A stretch of 64,000 nt of DNA, taken from assembly GCA_002347155.1 (NCBI GenBank), contig DDXO01000113.1, positions 1,570 through 65,569 of the forward strand. Direction: 5' to 3'. Positions 1 through 9,100 of this stretch are shown piece by piece; the first letter of the stretch is position 1, and each line of letters begins with the position of its first letter. This DNA comes from a candidate division WOR-3 bacterium UBA2258 (GTDB lineage Bacteria; Hydrothermota; Tepidihabitantia; Tepidihabitantales; Tepidihabitantaceae). A model generated the notes under the pieces. The model was not told where the DNA came from, did not search any database, and saw only the letters and a program-made list of their open reading frames with translations. The translations under genes and the position numbers were made by a program.

Positions 1-663
1 AAAGGTTTTTGAGGACCATTGGTTCTCGTCGATGTCGAAACCAACGTGCGAAAACGCGTGAGCCAGTTCGTGCGCAAGCACGACCGCAGTGAGGTCTTCG
101 ATGTCAAAGCCCTCGTTGCGCGCGAGCAGCCCGATGCTCATCCAATATATCTCAATGCGGTGCTCGTCAATGTAGTATAGGCCGAGTGGGTCAACCGGAA
201 GAGCCATGATACGTTTGCCGATATCGTGACCGCGGACAAGCGAGTAGAGCGCATACACGAGCTGCGTGACGCGATCCAGCTCATCCTTGGTGGCTGACGG
301 TGACTTCGGAGCCAGAAGCTGTGGGACCGACTTCCAGTGCTTCGCTATGAGGGTCAGTCCCTGTCCGGTGTAGCGGAGCAAGCCTCGATGCAAGATGAAG
401 TCCCATAGTACCGGGTCGTCGATCCCGGCGATTAGTTTCTTCACTGCGGGTGGCAATCCATCAACGACCTTCACCTTAACCGAAGTCCGGGCGTCGTCGC
501 TACGGGCTAGCCATAACCCAGTCTCTGTGCGCATCGCCTGACGGGTGACTGCGTTCCATAGCTTGACCGTCTTCTTAACCTCATTCTTGACGCGTGGGCC
601 GAGTATGCGCTTGAGTAGATACTCCTCGCGCTGTTCTCTCCGTGTAGCGCCCAGATCACCCAT
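1..663 (-). CDS. hypothetical protein, N-terminal ~221 aa only (gene runs off the window start); HExxH motif (LAHELAHAF) suggests an ImmA/IrrE-like or other Zn-metallopeptidase fold
   Basis: My own translation of the reverse strand from the ATG at 663 (MGDLGATRREQREEYLLKRILGPRV...VLAHELAHAFSHVGFDIDENQWSSKT) reaches position 1 without a stop. It is absent from the supplied ORF track because it has no in-window stop. Confidence 0.35.
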   Translation of the reverse strand, partial: MGDLGATRREQREEYLLKRILGPRVKNEVKKTVKLWNAVTRQAMRTETGLWLARSDDARTSVKVKVVDGLPPAVKKLIAGIDDPVLWDFILHRGLLRYTGQGLTLIAKHWKSVPQLLAPKSPSATKDELDRVTQLVYALYSLVRGHDIGKRIMALPVDPLGLYYIDEHRIEIYWMSIGLLARNEGFDIEDLTAVVLAHELAHAFSHVGFDIDENQWSSKTF

Positions 664-904
664 ATGGACATCCCTCTTTCCTCGTGACTATGCGGTTAGC
701 TCAGCAGACGACAGGGCGGTCGTGGAGCCTGTCCTCACTGGTACAGCGCTCATGGAGGCCCTGCAAGCTGACACGGCGGCGCGGTACATGTCGCTTTTCG
801 AGCGATACTGGGGCGTGCGTTCTCGGAACCGCTTAATTCCGAAGCACTTGCGTGATGAGTAAACCGCATAGTCACATCTTTCCTTCCGGTCCACAGGTAA
901 CGTT

Positions 905-3900
905 TCATTGGAACAGCAGACCGGCCCATTTGTAGACGCCTTTGCTGACGAGGTGGAAGCGCTCGCGGGGGACGTTGAGCTTGCCCCGGACATGCTTGGC
1001 TTTGTTCAGAGCGGCTTTGGCGAGGCCTTTCTTCTCCAGCTTGTCCCACGGCTCCGCAAAAGGGATGGCAGCGGGTACGGTTTCCTCGTCGACGACTGCC
1101 TTCAGCAGTGCCTCAAACCCGGCCCCGCTGGCTGACGTCGGCGCGACGGCCTCAAGAGCAGCCTGTATCCGCTTGTCGCGCCTGAGGAATTCGGCCCACG
1201 ACGAAAGGAACTCAGTGTGGCCCTTGGTCTTGTTCTCAAGGTACCACTCGGCTTTCTCCAGCAGCCACCAGTCAAAGGCGTCGGCCAGTTCCTGTTCGTA
1301 GGCGACCGGGCCGCATTCCCAGCGGTTCTTCACCTTCCACTGCTCGTCCCAGCGGCGCTTGTAGACCGGCTGCTCAATGCGGCGGATGTGCTCGTTGTCG
1401 CGGATGGCAGTCAGGCGCTCGCGCCAGAGGCGCTTGGACGGATCCGACAAAGCGGACGGAACCAGACTTATCGCGGAAGCGAAGTCGCCCTTTGCGGCCT
1501 GCCAGAGACGATACGGGCGGTCATCCTTGGCGAGCGGCTCGGGCGTGGCCGGAACCTGGGCGGCCGGGTGGTCTTCGGGCAGGAGGCCGTAGGCGGCGTA
1601 GACCAGCCAGTCCATTTCCTCCTGGAGGGCAATCATCTCGGAGCGCAGACGCTCTCGTTCGGCCACGACGCGGTCATAGGCCTGCTTCAGTTCCTCGGCC
1701 GTGCTGAACGGCTTGCCGACGACCGGATGCGGCTGCTCGTATCCGGGCAGAGATGAGTTCCACTCATGGTACGCCTCGCCCGGCTTCTCGAACAGCTTCT
1801 TCATCGCCAACGATGGCAGCTTCTGCCCCCGCTCCCAGCACTCCTCGGCCAGATCTGCCAGTCGCTTCGCCAGCGGATTCCACTCGCCCTTCAGCGCCTG
1901 CGCCACTTTCCCCGGCACTGGCAACTGCTCGACCTTGCCGCCCGCGAAGACATAGTAGGTATCCTTCTCAGGCTGCTCGGACTCCCGCTTGCTGAAGCAC
2001 ACCTGCTTGAGCCAGAACAGCGCGGCGGAGGAGTTGAGAAGGGCTGCGTGAAGTTGGAGGCTGCGCTCGTCGCCGCAGGACACGGGGATGACTGGGGTTG
2101 TCTGCGTGTAGACCCGAGCGCGTTGACTCACGGCGACGTGAATATGTGTGGTGATCTCCGGGACTACGAGCGTGGGAACTTGGCCACGGCGGGTGAAGCG
2201 GTAGTACTCGAACCAAGCCAGCCCGAAGTCCACCTGCGAAAGGCCGCCTAGCTGGGGGCGTTCGGACAGCAGTTTCCTCCATGGCGCAAGGAGAGCCGCG
2301 ACAGTCTTGGACAGCGATGGTTTCAGTTTCGTGTCGTATGGGAACAAGCACCAATGGTCTGAGTCCTGAGCGTAGTTACGAACCATGTCGCCCTCAGAAA
2401 ACAGCGAGAGGTTCCGTCCTTCCACGCCTGCGCGTCGCCAGAACGACGCCGGGTTGTCATAGAGCTCCCGAGCGCCAAAGATGACGTCGAAGCCCATGTG
2501 GTCCACTATGAACGAGCCCAGCAGTTCAGGCCCGGTGACCGCCGCCCGGGTCAGTTCTGCACCGGTCGTGAAGTTCATCGGCCAGACTAGAAACCGTCCT
2601 GCCTCCACGGTCGCCACTTGCACCGCACCATCGTCATAGCTCTGTTTATCGTGTTGCTGCTCTAAGATATGCCACAAAGCGGATTCCTCGGGGGGCGTTT
2701 GCAGGTCACCGCCGCCGGGGAGGATGGCGGCGACACGGACCGGCGTCTTCGGGTCAGACTTCTGGTTCGCGCCAAAGACAAGACAGGTGGGCGTCCCGTG
2801 ACCGGGGAACATCAGGCCGGAGCAGTCTATGACCTTCTGCAGATTCACCTTAGTGAAGAACTGTTCCACCAGCGGTTTGCCGAACTCCCGCTTGGCGAAG
2901 GCATTGGAGACGATGAAGCCAAGCTGGCCAGTAGGCCGGAGCAGGCTGAATGAGAGAGGGAAGAACGGGACAAGCAAGTGGTACTTGCCATAGCAGTACG
3001 GCTGCCAGCGTTCGCGGTAGAGCTCCCGTTTGTCGGGGTTGCGGGCGGTCACGAACGGCGGGTTGCCGACGAAGATGTCGAAACCGCCGACTGGGGCGGG
3101 CGAGGAGCGACGATTCTTCGCTTCGCTCAGAATGACAAGCTGCTCCGGGTAGAAGACCTGGGGGAAGTCTATTCGCCAGGCGAAGTTGAAGGGCGCGTCG
3201 AAACTCGCGCCTTCGAGCTTGCGGAGCTGTTGGACGAATGCGTGTCCGAGCGGCTTCTCCTCCAGTTGGTCGCGTTCCTTCTGCGCCGCCTTCACGCCTT
3301 TGAGAGCGTCATCGAGCTGGCGCGTTTCGTGGGCGATGCGCTGGCGACGGTCGGCATCAGACTTGCCTTCGCCGAACAGCCCTGCAGCTATTGAGTCCTT
3401 GCGGCGCAGAAGCTGAAGCTCGACGCCAATCACTGACTCGCTGACTTCCAGTCGCTTCTTCAGGATGTCCAGGCGCAGGTTGCGCTTCGCGTTCCACGAC
3501 TTCGCCTTGTGCAGGCGCTCGCCCAGGCGGTGGATGGCATCGAAGAGCTTCTGGTAGCGGTGTTCCTTTCCAGGCAGAATGACCACAGGCACGCCGCAGA
3601 TGTGGTCGTGCAGGCTGTCGCCGCGCTTGAAGTTCATCTCAAGGTTAGGCAGTTGCGAGATGTCTTTGAGCGCAGTCCTGAACTGCGTGGGACTGGCGCC
3701 AATCGGGTCAATGCCAAGGTCGTAGTCCACGACCAGCGACAGCCACAGTCGCAACATGCAGATTTCGATTGCCTGCTGCTGGATGTCCACGCCGAACAGG
3801 GCATTCTCGATGATGTCGGCCTTGGTCTCGTGCAGCCACCTGCTGCCCTGCTGGCGCAGCGGGTCAACGTAGCCGTTAGCCGCGGTCTGGGCAAGGCGGC

Positions 3901-5422
3901 GGAGGTTGGTGAGTTCGTGCAGCAGGCCAACCATGAACGCGCCCGAGCCAACCGCCGGGTCGCAGCAGCGCAGTGCTTTGACCAGTTCCAGTAGGCGCGT
4001 GCCTTCCTCGGGCGAGAGGCAAGACTTGAGCTTCTCCAGTTCTTCTCGGTCCAAGCCGTCGGATCCGTCCAATCCGACTAATCGCCGCAGGCGGCCGGGC
4101 CAGTCGTCACCGGTGAGCCGTGGCAGCAGCCACTGGTACAGGACTTCACGGCAGATGAAGTGGACTACTATGCGCGGCGTGTAGAACGAGCCGGTCTCCT
4201 TGCGTTTGTCCGGCGCAGTTGCGTCAGGGTCGGCGGATTCGGCGTGCAGCACGATGGACTCGAAGACCTTGCCGAGCATCTCCGGGTCAACCGCGACTTC
4301 CTGGTTTAGCGGCGTGTCTTCGCGCACCGTGAAGTTGAAGGCTTCCAGCAGTTCGTCAAAGACCTTCTCAAAGGTCGCGTTGCGCACCGGCAGCGGCGGG
4401 TTGTCCCTCTTGCGGCGCGGGGACGGCTCGAATTCGTCGTCGTTGAACAGGCCGCCGTTGAGGAACGGCACGTTGTCCCAGCGCACGAACGCCGAGCTAC
4501 CCGCGCTGCTCAGAGACCAGAAGAGCATGTCGAGGAAGTCCGCGTAGTAGCTGCATTCCTTCGGCCGGTTCCGGTGCGGCTCAAAGCCATCGAGCAGGAA
4601 GCCGCGGCGCTGGTCCAGCCAGCCGCGGTTCTGGACAAAGTAGAGGAAGATGAGTCGTTCAAGCAGGAGCTGCGCCTTGGAGTAGGCTTCGGGCGAATCG
4701 AGCTTGCCGAGTTTCTCAAGGTCGGCCTTGATGAGCTCCAGCGCGGCGTCGAACTGCTTGAAGAACTTGCGGGTAAGCGGTTCTTTGTCAAAGGCCGCGG
4801 CCCACTTCTTAACCCACTCGTCCTTGTCGGCTTCGTCTTCTGGCCAGGCCAAGTTGGGCAGGTTCTCGGTGACGGCCGTGCGCGACGGCTGGCCCGGGAC
4901 CCAGCCGAACGTCGCCAGCTTGGCATCGGCGACCTTACCTGTGCCGAAGGTATCCCGGAACATCGCGAAGACGTACTGCTTGTAGTTGTGCGTGCAGATG
5001 AAAAGGATGTTGCCGAGGTCCCACGAGGGCAGGTTGGCTTCCTTGCGCTTTCCGGCCACGAGCCGGCGCAGAATCGCGCGCAGAGGCGTGCCGAATCCGC
5101 GCGTCTCGAAGACCTTGGGCTCGTCGAACTCCAGCAGGAAGATGCCCCACGGCTGGTCGGCGCGCGGGCGCAGTAGGATTTCGTAGGCTTTGGCCTTGTG
5201 CCCGGTCTCGGGCATACCGAGCTCGTTTGCGCTCCACTCGTAGCCGACATCCTGTGGCTTGATGGGCTTGTCGCTGAGCGGCCAGCGCAGGCAGTCGCCC
5301 AGCAGGTCTGCAGCGAACGAGCGGAAGTCGCGGGCGTTGGCGAGGGCGGAAGCGAGGGACTCGGGGGAAGCCACAGGATTATCCGACGGATCGGTCGGAT
5401 CCGTCTGATGAGCGCGTGCCAC
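905..5422 (-). CDS. large gamma-class N6-adenine DNA methyltransferase of the MmeI / PglX / DrmMI (Type IIG-IIL-like) family, 1505 aa
   Basis: Family-typical helix ERLIFLYFVQNRGWL; motif X-like ETGSFYTPRIVV; motif I DPAVGSGAFMVG; motif IV FVGNPPFV. About 700 aa follow motif IV, covering the target-recognition region plus an extra C-terminal extension. A possible N-terminal D..EPK nuclease-like motif (FLLEFDEPK) is uncertain. Confidence 0.8.
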   Translation of the reverse strand: MARAHQTDPTDPSDNPVASPESLASALANARDFRSFAADLLGDCLRWPLSDKPIKPQDVGYEWSANELGMPETGHKAKAYEILLRPRADQPWGIFLLEFDEPKVFETRGFGTPLRAILRRLVAGKRKEANLPSWDLGNILFICTHNYKQYVFAMFRDTFGTGKVADAKLATFGWVPGQPSRTAVTENLPNLAWPEDEADKDEWVKKWAAAFDKEPLTRKFFKQFDAALELIKADLEKLGKLDSPEAYSKAQLLLERLIFLYFVQNRGWLDQRRGFLLDGFEPHRNRPKECSYYADFLDMLFWSLSSAGSSAFVRWDNVPFLNGGLFNDDEFEPSPRRKRDNPPLPVRNATFEKVFDELLEAFNFTVREDTPLNQEVAVDPEMLGKVFESIVLHAESADPDATAPDKRKETGSFYTPRIVVHFICREVLYQWLLPRLTGDDWPGRLRRLVGLDGSDGLDREELEKLKSCLSPEEGTRLLELVKALRCCDPAVGSGAFMVGLLHELTNLRRLAQTAANGYVDPLRQQGSRWLHETKADIIENALFGVDIQQQAIEICMLRLWLSLVVDYDLGIDPIGASPTQFRTALKDISQLPNLEMNFKRGDSLHDHICGVPVVILPGKEHRYQKLFDAIHRLGERLHKAKSWNAKRNLRLDILKKRLEVSESVIGVELQLLRRKDSIAAGLFGEGKSDADRRQRIAHETRQLDDALKGVKAAQKERDQLEEKPLGHAFVQQLRKLEGASFDAPFNFAWRIDFPQVFYPEQLVILSEAKNRRSSPAPVGGFDIFVGNPPFVTARNPDKRELYRERWQPYCYGKYHLLVPFFPLSFSLLRPTGQLGFIVSNAFAKREFGKPLVEQFFTKVNLQKVIDCSGLMFPGHGTPTCLVFGANQKSDPKTPVRVAAILPGGGDLQTPPEESALWHILEQQHDKQSYDDGAVQVATVEAGRFLVWPMNFTTGAELTRAAVTGPELLGSFIVDHMGFDVIFGARELYDNPASFWRRAGVEGRNLSLFSEGDMVRNYAQDSDHWCLFPYDTKLKPSLSKTVAALLAPWRKLLSERPQLGGLSQVDFGLAWFEYYRFTRRGQVPTLVVPEITTHIHVAVSQRARVYTQTTPVIPVSCGDERSLQLHAALLNSSAALFWLKQVCFSKRESEQPEKDTYYVFAGGKVEQLPVPGKVAQALKGEWNPLAKRLADLAEECWERGQKLPSLAMKKLFEKPGEAYHEWNSSLPGYEQPHPVVGKPFSTAEELKQAYDRVVAERERLRSEMIALQEEMDWLVYAAYGLLPEDHPAAQVPATPEPLAKDDRPYRLWQAAKGDFASAISLVPSALSDPSKRLWRERLTAIRDNEHIRRIEQPVYKRRWDEQWKVKNRWECGPVAYEQELADAFDWWLLEKAEWYLENKTKGHTEFLSSWAEFLRRDKRIQAALEAVAPTSASGAGFEALLKAVVDEETVPAAIPFAEPWDKLEKKGLAKAALNKAKHVRGKLNVPRERFHLVSKGVYKWAGLLFQ

Positions 5423-6158
5423 GGCATTGCGGGTAGCCGGTGCAGCCGAGGAATTGCTGGCCGGCGTGCGGACCTTTGCGGGCGGTGCGCAAGGTCATTG
5501 GCTTGCCGCAGAGCGGGCAGGGAGGAAGGCCGGAATCGGACCGATCAGACGGATCGGACTGATGTTTTGCGCGCTCGGCAATGCGGGCTGCGGCCAGTTG
5601 CTCGCTGTAGCCGCCCTCTTTCACAAAGCCGCGCTCAAGGGCGGCGGTCTGCCGGTCGAGCAGGTAGTTGGCCTGGTGAATCAGGCAGATGATGGCGTTG
5701 GCGACAACGGCGGGGTCGGCGGAGGCGAGCCAGCGGGAATAATCGGACGGAGCCGACCGATCGGACGGATCGGTCCGATGCTGAACACCCAGCGACCGGA
5801 CCTTGCGGGCCTCTGGGTCATCTTTGGCCCATTGGCGCAGGCCACGCTGGCGCAGGAAGTCCTCGTAGTCGAGCAGCAGTTCGTCGAGGCTGCCGCGGGC
5901 GACATTGACAAGCCGAAGCTCGGTCTGGCTTGACGTAGCGGAGGCGCGACTGCCCTCGGCGATGTTCTGCCGGCCGCTGCGTGCCGCCTGTACCATCTGG
6001 TCGTGCGTTCGCGACCGCTTGTCCACGAATCGCTCACAGAATCCCACGGTGGTATCGTAAATGATGGTGGCGACCTGGAATGACCGGAGCGCGCGGTAGC
6101 CGCCGCTGGGGCGAAGGCGCCGGGATCGGTCGAATCCGACGGATCGGTCAGGTTTCAC
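5379..6158 (-). CDS. chimeric ORF: four-helix-bundle protein (TIGR02436-like, 23S rRNA intervening-sequence protein family) fused in-frame to a topoisomerase-type C4 zinc ribbon; modules separated by palindromic repeats
   Basis: Four-helix-bundle signature QNIAEGSRAS...VARGSLDELLLDYEDFLRQRGL; Zn ribbon CPLCGKPMTLRTARKGPHAGQQFLGCTGYPQC. Repeat-encoded DPSDRS linkers lie between the modules. It overlaps the start of the methyltransferase gene. Confidence 0.5.
   Translation of the reverse strand: MKPDRSVGFDRSRRLRPSGGYRALRSFQVATIIYDTTVGFCERFVDKRSRTHDQMVQAARSGRQNIAEGSRASATSSQTELRLVNVARGSLDELLLDYEDFLRQRGLRQWAKDDPEARKVRSLGVQHRTDPSDRSAPSDYSRWLASADPAVVANAIICLIHQANYLLDRQTAALERGFVKEGGYSEQLAAARIAERAKHQSDPSDRSDSGLPPCPLCGKPMTLRTARKGPHAGQQFLGCTGYPQCRGTRSSDGSDRSVG
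5381..5410. repeat. GATCGG-rich palindromic short repeat, copy 1 (atccgacggatcggtcggatccgtctgatg)
   Basis: Shares the core CGGATCGGTC / ATCGGACGGATCGG with three other copies within 800 bp. Reads as DPSD/RIGRI peptides in both strands. Confidence 0.6.
5534..5564. repeat. GATCGG-rich palindromic short repeat, copy 2
   Basis: aatcggaccgatcagacggatcggactgatg. Confidence 0.6.
5741..5780. repeat. GATCGG-rich palindromic short repeat, copy 3
   Basis: aatcggacggagccgaccgatcggacggatcggtccgatg. Confidence 0.6.
6121..6155. repeat. GATCGG-rich palindromic short repeat, copy 4
   Basis: gatcggtcgaatccgacggatcggtcaggtttcac. Confidence 0.6.
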
Positions 6159-9100
6159 GCAACCTCCAGCCAGCAGACGAGCTCAGGCTTGATGGTCAGC
6201 GGCAGGCCACGATCACGCATCAGCTTGAGTACCTTGCCCTGCTCGATGGCCTCACGCTCGGGAGCGAGCTTCTTAACGCCGAGTCGCGCCTTGCGTTTCT
6301 CGCTCGGTTGGCACTGGATGGCAGGCCAGATCAGCTCTATGCCGTCGTGAACCTCGCCGGTATCACGTTCGCGGTAATACCAGCGCACCTCTGATGTCGC
6401 TTGTGCGATGTCGTTCCAGATGCGGTACGCACAGAAAACTCCCGGCTTGAGCTTCAACTCCCGCTTCCACTCCCGGCCGGAGAACACACGCTTGGGCAAG
6501 GTCGGAAGATTTGCGTACAGCTCGGGATGTTCGTGTTCGATTGCCTCCAGCGCAAGACGCAGCTTCTCTTCCGTGCTCTCGTGGCCTTCGTAGGCCTCGT
6601 TGAATTCCTTCAGCGTCATGTCAGGGTCGTCAGGCGTGAGCAGAGCACCTTCGATACCGAGGGCTGCGTTGATGCGCAGAACTTTGCCCGTAACCCGTTT
6701 GAAGAGTCCCAGAATGTCATCAAGGTCCTGGGGCGGCAGGAAGTTCCAGAAGAATATCTTGCGGTCAAGGAGCTTGGGCCGCTTGAGCCGTTTCTCGATT
6801 TCGGTGTCGAGCCGGCGGTCCACGCGGCCGATGCGCTGAATCAGGCGCACCGGGTTCCAGTGCATGTCGTAGTTGATGAGCAGCGAGGCGTCCTGAAGGT
6901 TCAGGCCCTCCGAGAGCACATCGGTCGAGACGAGAATGTCGATTGGCTGTTTCAGGTAGTCCTTCACCTGGCCGGGCTCGCAGTTGTAGTAGGGCGCGAA
7001 GCGACGTATGACTTCCTCGCGGTTCAGCTTGCGCGTTGAGTCGATTTCCTCGACGTTGGGCAGGTCGGCGACGTCGGCCAACTGCTGGCGCAAGTATCGT
7101 GCGGTGGCACGGAACTCGGTGAAGATGGCGACCTTGTGGCCACGGATGTCGGGCGCGTCCTCTTCCGGCTCGCCGGTGAGCAGGGCGAGGAGCTTCTGGA
7201 GTTTGTCATCCTTGGTGGGGTCCTCTTTGTCTTCGGCGGTATAGAACCGCTTCGCTATCTTGGCCAGGAACTCCAGCAGCAGGTTCATGTCTTCAACAAG
7301 GTCGGCCAGCAGCCGGTCCATATGGTGCTCGGCCGGGTCTATCCGCCGCGACTCGGGCAGGTCGTTTTCTTCCTCGTCCTCGTCGTAGCCGAGTTCCAGT
7401 CGCTCGCGCTGGTGGACCTTGATGCGCTTCCAGTACCGGTCATTGGCAGTAACCCAGCCGTCGAACTTTTCCGACGAATAGGCTTTGAGGAAGTCGGCCA
7501 TGTTGGCAAGCAAGTCCTCGACCGATGCTTCAAATGCCTTGTAGGAGCTTTCCAGTCGTTTCAGCAGCAGGGTCCGAATCAGGCCGACGACCTGCTTCTG
7601 CTCAAGCAGCTTCTTCTCGGCCTTCTCGCCCTTGCGATAGGCCTCGGTGCAGTAGAGCGCAAGGTTAAGGAAAGGGGTGTCGCGGTTAAAGGCCTGCTTG
7701 ACCTCGTCGTAGATGGAGGCGTAGACCTTCTTGAGCGAGTACTTCACCACGCGTGGCCGCTGGCGCACCGGGAACGCTGGTTCGTTGGCCCGGCCTTCCT
7801 CTGATGCCTTCACGTACTTGCGGCTGCGCTGGATGAGGACCGACTTGAATATCGGCTGTTCGGTGAGGAACTTCTCGACCGCGCGCAGGTCGGACCAGTC
7901 ACCTAACTGGATGGCATTCTCGAACTGCCGGTCGGGACCCGAGAACACACGGCGGTAGTCGTGGATTCCGATTCGGGCGAAATGGTCCTTCTCCGGCGCG
8001 AAGTAGTTGATGAGGTGATACAGGTCGAGCAGGCGGTTGTTCACGGGGGTTGCGGTGAGCTGGAAGATCTGCTTCTTCGGGTTACCCTCACGCAGCAGGC
8101 GCGTGAGCAGTATGCTACGATTGGACGACGGCGTACGGAAGTGGTGGGCCTCGTCGATTATCACGACGTCGGTATCGCGGCTCAGTTCGACGAGCTTGTC
8201 AGGAGGGACCGTGCTGTCGCGGCCGAAGTCAGTGTGGCGGCGGGTTGAGAACATCTGGCCGTACTCGGTGCGATAGATGTACTTCAGTAGCGGGTCGGGA
8301 TTCTTGTTCGACGGCTTCCAGTGCCGCTCCCAGACGCTCGCCTGGGCCGACTTCGGCACGATGAGCAGGACCCGCTTGCGGTCGTGGACGAAGCGCTCCA
8401 GGAGCATCAGGCCGATGTAGGTCTTGCCGAGGCCGACGCCATCGCAGACGAGCGCGCCACCCCATTGTTGCCCCATCTCGATTGCGGTGCGATAGCCGTC
8501 CTGCTGGTACTTGGAGAGCTTGGGCCAGACGCGGCTCTCGCGCTGCTCCCAGTCGGTGACTGGTGCTTCGCGGCCGGAGAGGAATTCGTACAGCGCCTTG
8601 GCGTAGACCTCGAATGGCGAGAACTCGCGGGTGTGGCGCTCTATTATTCGCAGTGCGTCTTCATTGAGCAGTTCGGTGTCGGCCTTCTCCCACATCGCGG
8701 CGAACCACTCAGCAAGGTCGTCTACGTGAGCGCGGTCAGTCGTAAGCAGGTTCAACTCGATGTTTGTCGAAAGCCCTGCGGCCGTGAAGTTGCTACTGCC
8801 AATGATTGCGAAGTCTACCGGGTTGGGCGGCACAGTGGTGAACACGTAGCTCTTGGCGTGGAACTTACCTCGGCTGTAGACGCGAGCCTCTATCTGATGG
8901 GAACCCAGCGCGGCTTTGACAGCCTCAATGCCAGTCAGCGAGTCGTCGCGTGACTTGGTGAGTTCCAGTGAGTCGTCGTTCTGTACGCGGAAGGCCTCCA
9001 CCAGTTCCAGTCGGGTCCGACGGCCGATGGCGTCGCCGAGCAGTATTCGTATCTTCCCAACCTTCTGCCACTCCCCATCGAGCGCGAGTAATGAACCTAG

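Noticed and set aside
4510-5427. 305-aa minus-strand ORF and several 100-200-aa plus-strand ORFs (e.g. 1217..1756, 3509..3994, 4574..5176) inside the methyltransferase gene
   Set aside because: They lie entirely within, or antisense to, a long ORF with clear MTase motifs. They have Ser/Arg/Pro-rich low-complexity translations typical of alternative frames in high-GC DNA.
6401-8953. Plus-strand ORFs 6401..7039, 7136..7804, 8321..8953 antisense to the PLD-SNF2 gene
   Set aside because: Antisense to a gene with a full helicase motif set; no motifs of their own.
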